From the NCBI GenBank assembly GCA_041694515.1, contig JASMSZ010000054.1:1074-65073 (forward strand): a DNA stretch of 64,000 nt, read 5' to 3'. Below are positions 57,106-64,000 of the stretch, in pieces. Every line of letters starts with the position of its first letter. The stretch's first letter is position 1. The notes beneath the pieces were generated by a model. It was given only the letters and a program-made list of their open reading frames with translations. It was not told the origin of the DNA and did no database searches. A program made the translations under genes and the position numbers. Origin of the DNA: Halanaerobium sp. (GTDB lineage: Bacteria; Bacillota; Halanaerobiia; Halanaerobiales; Halanaerobiaceae).

Positions 57106-57871
57106 TATTTTCCTCCTCTCCATGAGGGGCAAATACATGGTGAGGATGGCCGTGAGCAATTAAATCTACCGGACAGCCAAAAACCTGTTCTGTTGTCTCC
57201 TGGTCCAGATATTTATCACCATGATGATAAAGCTTTTCGTTTAAACAGGCCAGAGTATCAAAATAAGAAGAAACTGCAGCCAGATCATGGGTTGCCACAA
57301 TAATTGTTTTATCCTCATTTAATTTTTTTAACAATTCGTAAATTTGGGAGGTAGAGCTGGCATCAACATTTGCGGTTGGCTCATCTAAAAGCAGAATCTC
57401 AGGTTCGACAGCCAGTCCTCTGGCAATCAAAACCCGCTGCAGCTGACCTCCGGAAAGTTTACCGATCTGTCTATCTTTAAGCTGGAGCAGGTTTAGCTGA
57501 TCTAAAACTGCCTCAGCCTTATTTATATCTTCCTTTTTATACTGATGAAAAAATCTGACCCTGCCCCCCAGCCTGGCCGTCAGGACAACATCCAGAACAC
57601 TAATTGGAAAATCACGATCAAAATTAGAGATCTGAGGCACATATCCAATTTTATCAACTGCCTGGCTGAGAGGATTTCCAAAAACTTTGACCTCTCCTGC
57701 CTCAGGTTCAATTAAGCCCAGGATAACTTTTAAAAGTGTGGTCTTCCCTCCACCATTAGGACCAATAATTCCTAAAAAAGCACCCTCTGCAACCTGAATA
57801 CTAATTTCTCTTAAAGCAGGTATTTTACCATATTTAACTGAAACATCTTTCAATTCAACTGCATAAGCCAC
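57098..57871 (-). CDS. znuC: Zn/Mn ABC ATPase
   Basis: GPNGGGKTT, LSGGQLQR, LLDEP and His-rich tail HGHPHH. Confidence 0.9.
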   Translation of the reverse strand: MAYAVELKDVSVKYGKIPALREISIQVAEGAFLGIIGPNGGGKTTLLKVILGLIEPEAGEVKVFGNPLSQAVDKIGYVPQISNFDRDFPISVLDVVLTARLGGRVRFFHQYKKEDINKAEAVLDQLNLLQLKDRQIGKLSGGQLQRVLIARGLAVEPEILLLDEPTANVDASSTSQIYELLKKLNEDKTIIVATHDLAAVSSYFDTLACLNEKLYHHGDKYLDQETTEQVFGCPVDLIAHGHPHHVFAPHGEEENND

Positions 57872-58818
57872 TACTGATCATCTCTTTCCGCAAGTACAGC
57901 TGCTATTTTTTCTGCCATTACTTTTAAGTTATCGAGGTAATTGGGAGCTAAGGGATTGAGCTGTATAATTTCTCCACCGAGTTCTTCGGCAGCCGCTCTT
58001 GCCCTGCTGCTGTCAATTTCTGCCTGATAAAAGACATTTTTTATTCCCTGCTGCCGGGCATACTTTATAATTTCCTGAAGATAACGGGGACCGGGCTCTT
58101 TACCTTCTTTTTCTATTGCCAGCATTTCTAAACCATAATGTTCAGTAAAATATCCAAATGAAGGATGATAAACCAGAATTTCCTGGCCCTGATATTCCGC
58201 TAATAATTCCCGGTTTTCCTGATCCACAGCAGTCAGTTTTTCTAAATATTGTTCTGCGTTTTCTTTAAATTCCGCTTCATATTTGGGCAGGATTTCTATT
58301 AACTCATCTCTCATTATTTCCACCATCAGACTAACTCTGGCTGGAGAAAGCCAGATATGAGGATCTCTGCCTCCCTGATGACTGTGTCCATGATCATCAT
58401 TTTCATCCTCCTGATACTCATCCTCAGCATCTTCCCCGGCTTTTTCTTTATCTCCAAAATAACGGTGAGGATATTTTGATTCAATTCTTTCAAATAATTT
58501 TACAACTTTAAGCCCTGACATTTCTTCTGCCCGGGGCAAAATATTCTGCATATCTGCAGGTACTCCCATCGAAAAATAGATGCTCGCTTCATTAAAGGCC
58601 CGCATTTCTGCAGGTGAGGGAGCATAATTAGAAGGACTAAAGCCCCTGGGAATCATTTCTACAGCCTCTACCCTGTCACCTGCAATTGCTTCTACCATCT
58701 CCAGCTGGGGTACAATTGTTACAGCCACTGCGGCTTCAGCTGCAGCTGCAGAAAAAGATCCTGCCAGAAGCAGTATTAGTATTATAAAAAGCAAAAATAA
58801 TCTTTTGCTCGAACACAT
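57871..58818 (-). CDS. znuA: Zn ABC substrate-binding protein
   Basis: His/acidic loop HGHSHQGGRDPHIWLSP, YHPSFGYF and NPLA. Confidence 0.9.
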   Translation of the reverse strand: MCSSKRLFLLFIILILLLAGSFSAAAAEAAVAVTIVPQLEMVEAIAGDRVEAVEMIPRGFSPSNYAPSPAEMRAFNEASIYFSMGVPADMQNILPRAEEMSGLKVVKLFERIESKYPHRYFGDKEKAGEDAEDEYQEDENDDHGHSHQGGRDPHIWLSPARVSLMVEIMRDELIEILPKYEAEFKENAEQYLEKLTAVDQENRELLAEYQGQEILVYHPSFGYFTEHYGLEMLAIEKEGKEPGPRYLQEIIKYARQQGIKNVFYQAEIDSSRARAAAEELGGEIIQLNPLAPNYLDNLKVMAEKIAAVLAERDDQ

Positions 58819-58840
58819 AAAAATCACCTCTTTCTATTTT

Positions 58841-61800
58841 TTAAATAATATTTCTCAGCAGTAACTGGAGCACTCCAAAAATACCGCCAAACCAGCCGTA
58901 CTGTTTTAAGTGAGCAAAATATTTGCCGGCAAAACTATCAAAAACTTCTTCTATTTCCGCCGGATTCATTTTCCTGACTTCAGCAGCTGTTAATTCTTTT
59001 AACTCCAAACTTTTAAGCAGAGCTTCCGAATTAGCCTTAAAGCTGTCAACACCAGCTTCTACAAATAAAGCCAGCAGATATTCCAGACTTTCTCTATTCA
59101 TTTCCTGTTCCAGAGTCTCAGCTAACTTTGTAATCTCCTCTGCACCTGTATTAACAAACAGCTTATTTACCTCATCAGTTTTTAATAATGAAAGTAAATT
59201 TGACTTAATTTCTGCAAATATTTCAGCATCAAACAAATCTGGATCAATTAACTGGATTTCTTGCAATAGGCTTTTTAATTCCTGGTTAATTATTTTTAAA
59301 TCAACTGTCTTCAGCAGCTGCAGAGTCTCTTTTTTAATATTTTCTGCTGTAAATAAGTCTTTCAACAACAGTAGAATTTTCAATTTTTGCTCCAGGTTAA
59401 GCTGCTGCTTAATAAATTTTTCCACTGCCTCAGCTCTTATTTCTAAATTGAGAGACAGCAATTCCTGCTTTTCTTCTTTAAATACTAAATCAGTCAGCTC
59501 AGCCAGCGGCTGATCACTTAGATAAAGCACTTCGGTTAACAGCTCAGAACCCTGATCAGTACTAACAAAGTTCTTTAATATCTGATTCAGCTTTAGACTT
59601 TCCGCTGCAAACAGCTCTTTAGATGCCAATTTTTCCAACAAATTAAAATAAAGTTCTGCTAATTTATCTCTTTGATCAACAGAATATTCATTTTGAAATT
59701 TATTAAAAACACGCTTAACCACCGAATCCACAAATTCATCCAGATCAGCCATATAAATAGCGCCGGAGATCAGAGTATTTTTAAGCACTCCTCCCTTTTT
59801 CTCCTTTTCATTTTCTATAATTTCGTCTTTTTTGAAATTAATTAAACGAGCAATATTCTCCTGCTGCTCAAAAAACAGATTTAAAGACTGATCCAGATAG
59901 TAATCAGAATCCTGCTTCAATAATTTTAGAGAATAATTCTTTAAATCAAATTCTAATTCCCTATCCAGCAGCTGTGGTGCCAGGAATTTAAAGAAGGGAT
60001 AAAATTCCTTATTTTTAAGAAGCTGTTTCAGCTGACTGGAGTTTAGATTAATTTTATATTCACCATTTACAAAAACTGACAGCTGTTCCAGACTAAATCC
60101 AGAAACAATCCGGGATTCCACTTCTGAAAGAAAATTTTCTTCCTGACTTAAATATTTTTCAACTGCAGCTCTAAAATCAAGGGAGTCCATTTTTTGAGTC
60201 AGTAAGTTATTTATTTGTTTCCCCAAAGCTCCAACTAAAGCTTTAAAATCAGCTGCCTCCACTTCCGATAAAAGCTGGTCCATGTTATTTAGGGAAGACT
60301 CTGCCAGCATTTCATTTTTATCTCTCAGCAGTTCAAAAAACTGCTGATAATCACTGGCTGCAAAATATTCCAGTGTTCTCCCCTTTATTTCGGAGCGATT
60401 ATTTTCTATAATTTCTGCTGCTGAATTGGCTTTAAGCAGTTCTTTTTCCACAAACTTACCCATAGAATCAGCAAAACGACTTCTGTTTTTGGCAACAACT
60501 CCCGGTGTAAAGGGGATTCTGGCTCCCAAAATATTTTTCTCCTGATAGGGATGAAAAATCATCCAGATTGCTAAAACATTGGTCAGCCAGCCCACTCCAC
60601 CATATAAAACAGCAGAACTTAAATAATCAACCCAGACTGGTGAGGCATTAAAAATTGCAGTTTCGGCTCCACTGAGCGAAAAGATAATCCCTGCAGCCGC
60701 TCCCAGGAGAGCTCCTAAATAAGTAATCGGTTTTAATTCCTGCCCCATAAAATCTTCGATAGCTGTCTGAACTTCCTGATCAGAAAGTTGATGTAAATTT
60801 GCAGATGCTGCCTGAGCTACCTTACCCTCCAGAAGCTGAGGTAAATTATTATAAAAGAAGGCAGTGATTGATTCAGTTAAGTCTGCAGCAGCATTCGGAT
60901 CATCCTGAAACAAACTGTATAAAGATTTAATTCCTTTATCACTCAGCTCTAACTGCAGCTGAGTGAGATAGTTTTCTATTCCATTTTTAAATTTAGGTCC
61001 AGAATTATTAACTTCTTTATTTAAAAGTCTGAAGAAGTTTTGATTAAGATAAGCTGCCCCCTCTGCTGCCAGAAAGTTCTGTTCTGACAGCAGTCGGTAA
61101 ACTTCTCTGGCAATTTCATCCTTTTTTAGAGCAATTTTTTCCTGACTGAGCAGCTCTTCCAGTTTTAGCTCCATTAAATAATCTATCAAAATCTCAATTG
61201 AGTCGAAATCACTGCTAATTTTTTCGAGAGAAGTAAAGATCAGCTCAACAATTTTATCTGTCAGCATTTCTTCGGCAAAAATTTCTTCTGAGAAAATTTC
61301 AATTATTTTTTGATCTTCATACTGCTGATAAAACTCCAGCACTGTTTTACCCATACTTTCTATAATTTTATCCAGATCAATTTTCGGTAGAATTTTATTT
61401 ATTCTAATTTCTTTAATTTGTGCTGTCAGCCCAGCAGCCAGTTTTTGATCATCAGAACTTAATTCTGCTGCTAAATAATCTTTAAGATGAGTCAGCGGCA
61501 GACCATACTCCTCTATGTTTTCTTGATATTTGCTGTAAATTCCCTGCCGACTCATTGCTTTAAAGCCTGTACTTGCTTCAATCTCTTCCTCAACTGCCTC
61601 CAGAATCAGATTATTTAACTCAGATTCTTCCGACTCCAAAAATTTCAGCAAATCAGTTTCTGCAGTATAAATAAACTTAGATAACTCCTGTTTTAAATCT
61701 GATTCCAGTTCTTCTGTAAAAAAATCATCTACAAGCAATTCCGAATTATCCAGTTCAATTTTCAAATTGACAAGTATTTCTTTTAAAAGATCATGCAGAT

Positions 61801-62593
61801 CTGAACTGAATAAAATTTTCTCCAGCTCACTGCTGTCTTTGATCAGATCGGAAATTTTAAGTTTTTTAATTTCAGCTAATATACTCTGACTGATTTTTTC
61901 TAAATTAAAAAGCTGCCTCATCTCAGTTTTAAAATCTTCTTTTTTAGACACTTCTAGATTCTGATAATTGTTCCTAAAATACTGTGCAATCTCCTTAACC
62001 AGCTTTTTCAGCTGCAGCTGACTTTCTTTATTTAAAAGCTGAGATAAATTTTTAGCTTTCAGCTGTTCATAAAAACTGAGAAGTAAATTTTCCACGCTTT
62101 CTGCAGCTTCTGCTTTATTTATTACTTTACTAAAAACTTCCTTCAGCAGTTTTTGCTGTCCGGAATCCGAAATTAATTGATTCAGCTCTTGCTTTTCTAA
62201 TTCTTTACTGCCTGCTGCCAGGAACTCTACTCCGGCTCCTGCTGCAGCTGAGCTTAGAAGTTTAAAATTTTCTTTCCAGCCAGGAAGTTCTCCCAGCTTA
62301 AAATTGCCACTGCGCTGTTCCAGATAAATATTCAAAAAGTCAGCCAGACTCTGGTGGAAATTCTGCTTGAATTCCGGTCGCGAAAACTCCTCTTTTAATG
62401 TCTGATGATTAATCAGATCTCTTTCTACCAGAGTAGAAATACTGTCAATAAACTCATCTTTGGTTTTAATTACCACTCCCCCAAGTGGGCCGTACTCTTT
62501 GAAAATCATTTTTAAGGCCAGATTATTGGTTAAATAGCCGGTTACTGCTCCTGTACCTGCTGCTGAAATAATTGCTAAAAGATCTAGAACCAT
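58841..62593 (-). CDS. Giant tandem DUF445-family protein (two complete DUF445 units)
   Basis: Twice: N-helix GYLTNNLALKMIF / GWLTNVLAIWMIFHP...PFTPGVV and C-helix ELKPITYLGALLG / HLKQYGWFGGIFG, flanking long acidic helical regions. Confidence 0.8.
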   Translation of the reverse strand: MVLDLLAIISAAGTGAVTGYLTNNLALKMIFKEYGPLGGVVIKTKDEFIDSISTLVERDLINHQTLKEEFSRPEFKQNFHQSLADFLNIYLEQRSGNFKLGELPGWKENFKLLSSAAAGAGVEFLAAGSKELEKQELNQLISDSGQQKLLKEVFSKVINKAEAAESVENLLLSFYEQLKAKNLSQLLNKESQLQLKKLVKEIAQYFRNNYQNLEVSKKEDFKTEMRQLFNLEKISQSILAEIKKLKISDLIKDSSELEKILFSSDLHDLLKEILVNLKIELDNSELLVDDFFTEELESDLKQELSKFIYTAETDLLKFLESEESELNNLILEAVEEEIEASTGFKAMSRQGIYSKYQENIEEYGLPLTHLKDYLAAELSSDDQKLAAGLTAQIKEIRINKILPKIDLDKIIESMGKTVLEFYQQYEDQKIIEIFSEEIFAEEMLTDKIVELIFTSLEKISSDFDSIEILIDYLMELKLEELLSQEKIALKKDEIAREVYRLLSEQNFLAAEGAAYLNQNFFRLLNKEVNNSGPKFKNGIENYLTQLQLELSDKGIKSLYSLFQDDPNAAADLTESITAFFYNNLPQLLEGKVAQAASANLHQLSDQEVQTAIEDFMGQELKPITYLGALLGAAAGIIFSLSGAETAIFNASPVWVDYLSSAVLYGGVGWLTNVLAIWMIFHPYQEKNILGARIPFTPGVVAKNRSRFADSMGKFVEKELLKANSAAEIIENNRSEIKGRTLEYFAASDYQQFFELLRDKNEMLAESSLNNMDQLLSEVEAADFKALVGALGKQINNLLTQKMDSLDFRAAVEKYLSQEENFLSEVESRIVSGFSLEQLSVFVNGEYKINLNSSQLKQLLKNKEFYPFFKFLAPQLLDRELEFDLKNYSLKLLKQDSDYYLDQSLNLFFEQQENIARLINFKKDEIIENEKEKKGGVLKNTLISGAIYMADLDEFVDSVVKRVFNKFQNEYSVDQRDKLAELYFNLLEKLASKELFAAESLKLNQILKNFVSTDQGSELLTEVLYLSDQPLAELTDLVFKEEKQELLSLNLEIRAEAVEKFIKQQLNLEQKLKILLLLKDLFTAENIKKETLQLLKTVDLKIINQELKSLLQEIQLIDPDLFDAEIFAEIKSNLLSLLKTDEVNKLFVNTGAEEITKLAETLEQEMNRESLEYLLALFVEAGVDSFKANSEALLKSLELKELTAAEVRKMNPAEIEEVFDSFAGKYFAHLKQYGWFGGIFGVLQLLLRNII

Positions 62594-63633
62594 TTTTTCC
62601 TCTTAAAATAAACTAATTGGATTACAGCAATCACCAGCATTAAAAACATTACAGCAGGATAGGCCAGCTCATGTTCTAATTCCGGCATATATTTAAAATT
62701 CATACCATAAACTCCGGCAATAAAAGTCAGGGGGATAAAAATTGTAGAAATTACTGTTAAAAACTGCATGACTTCGTTCATCTTGTTGCTTTTATTGGAA
62801 AGATAGATATCCAGCATACTTGACAGCATATCCCGGCTGACATCAATCTCATCCATCAGCTGTCCAATATGATCATAAACATCACTTAAATAGTAATCTG
62901 TTTCTCTTTTTATTAATGGCGATTCTACTCGATAAAGATTACCAAAGATAGTATTTAAAGGCCAGATAGTCTTGCGCAAAAAAACTATTTCCTGTTTCAA
63001 ATCCTGAATAATCTCTAAAGTATCAGGTCCTGTTTTAGCAGCAACAACTAAATCATCCAGTTCCTCTAAAACTTCTTCGTTTCTTTCTAGAATGTGAAAA
63101 TAATTATCTACTATTGAATCCAGTAAGGAATAAAATAAATAATCAGCTTTCTTTTTTCTGATCTGTCCTTTATTTTCTTCAATCCTAATTCGAACAGGAT
63201 TAAAATCATCACCTCGAGCTTCCTGAAAAGTAATAACAGTGTTTTCCAGCAAAATTAAACTCACCTGTTCTGACTGAATATATTCTCCCTGATAACTCAG
63301 CATATCTAAAATTGTTATAATGTAATCATCAAACTCTTCCTTTTTAGGCCGCTGGCGGGTATTTGTAATATCTTCTAAAGTAAGTGGATGTAAATCAATC
63401 GATTTTCCCACTTCTTTAACCAATTCCACATCATGAATTCCAGTAATATTAATCCAATTGACATAATCTTCTTCCAGTAATTCTAACGAAAAATCTTCCA
63501 CTGTTTTTTTCTCAATAAAATCTTCATTAAACTGTATTAATTCAATTTCGGCATCTACTTTTTTTTCAATCCCGTGTAAAGTTCCGGGTGTATGCCCAAT
63601 TTCACTTGACTTAACTCGCGAAAATTTTCTCAT
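62584..63633 (-). CDS. corA: Magnesium/cobalt transporter CorA
   Basis: IGHTPGT, HPLTLEDI, N..MQFLT and YGMNFKYMPEL signature. Confidence 0.95.
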   Translation of the reverse strand: MRKFSRVKSSEIGHTPGTLHGIEKKVDAEIELIQFNEDFIEKKTVEDFSLELLEEDYVNWINITGIHDVELVKEVGKSIDLHPLTLEDITNTRQRPKKEEFDDYIITILDMLSYQGEYIQSEQVSLILLENTVITFQEARGDDFNPVRIRIEENKGQIRKKKADYLFYSLLDSIVDNYFHILERNEEVLEELDDLVVAAKTGPDTLEIIQDLKQEIVFLRKTIWPLNTIFGNLYRVESPLIKRETDYYLSDVYDHIGQLMDEIDVSRDMLSSMLDIYLSNKSNKMNEVMQFLTVISTIFIPLTFIAGVYGMNFKYMPELEHELAYPAVMFLMLVIAVIQLVYFKRKKWF

Positions 63634-63724
63634 TTGACCCCTCCTTTATTAAAGTATCTATTTTTTAGCAGTTTTGCTTATAAAAGTAATTATTTTATTC
63701 TATTTTAATTAAGAATCATTTTTG

Positions 63725-63907
63725 ATATCCACATTTTGTGGATAACTTGTTGATAACTACAGGTTTTAATCCACAATTTTTGTTGATTAATTGTTAACAA
63801 CTGTGGATAAAACACCTGTTTTGTTAGTAACTTGTGGATAACTATCTATTTAAACCTACTTATCCACTTAACTTTAAGATTCCAGAAAAGATAAAAATTT
63901 ATCCACA
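63725..63907. promoter_or_regulatory. DnaA-box cluster
   Basis: Perfect TTATCCACA boxes (either strand) at 63737, 63802, 63833 and 63899; 1-mismatch boxes at 63725, 63748, 63767 and 63860. Confidence 0.85.
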
Positions 63908-64000
63908 ATTTGCGGGTCAAAAACTTTTCCCCGATAGTGATTGAATTCTCTAACTATTTCTTTTTCCTCCAGTGCACCAAAATAATACTTATTTTTGGAA
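63874..64000 (-). CDS. 3' end of a probable HD-GYP domain protein (gene starts beyond the window)
   Basis: Manual translation ...ALEEKEIVREFNHYRGKVFDPQIVDKFLSFLES*, resembling the HD-GYP G..FDP.IVD.FL C-terminus. Confidence 0.6.
   Translation of the reverse strand, partial: SKNKYYFGALEEKEIVREFNHYRGKVFDPQIVDKFLSFLES

Noticed and set aside
58923-59513. 196-aa plus-strand ORF
   Set aside because: Ser-rich antisense shadow of the DUF445 gene
63725-63907. Calling the DnaA-box cluster the chromosomal oriC
   Set aside because: No dnaA, dnaN or rpmH adjacent and no clear DnaA-trio element; kept only as a DnaA-box cluster
1-64000. CRISPR arrays, tRNA or rRNA genes, selenocysteine read-through
   Set aside because: No repeat-spacer periodicity, no cloverleaf or rRNA signature, and no in-frame TGA at a catalytic Cys position noticed by eye

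Overview
64 kb of ordinary chromosome from a low-GC anaerobic Firmicute. The acidic proteins and gene content suggest a Halanaerobium-like halophile (inference). Nearly all genes are on the minus strand; only rex and a P1/S58 peptidase are on plus. Content from left to right: nagA (partial), Lon-like protease, rex, dihydropyrimidinase, a broken tungstate ABC locus under a Moco/Tuco riboswitch, an alpha-glucoside ABC/GH13 operon, a cooF-cooS-cooC-FNOR CO dehydrogenase cluster, a group II intron RT scar, a 44-aa orphan ORF with its own promoter and structured leader, larE-larB-larC (frameshifted), a radical SAM protein, NhaC, a 5'-nucleotidase, phoU, ltaE, azlCD, two ATPase-less peptide ABC operons, Mo-cofactor accessory genes, alpha-amylase, csp, a FIST-GGDEF protein, a B12-riboswitch-controlled class III RNR locus, and a corA-DUF445-znuACB block. 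A dense DnaA-box cluster lies at the right end. The top find is the class III RNR: NrdD carries a 450-aa LAGLIDADG intein and lacks its glycyl-radical C-terminus. That segment is encoded as a separate 42-aa gene, missed by the ORF track, downstream of nrdG. No rRNA, tRNA or CRISPR array was recognised. All assignments come from motif recognition by eye; no database searches were run.
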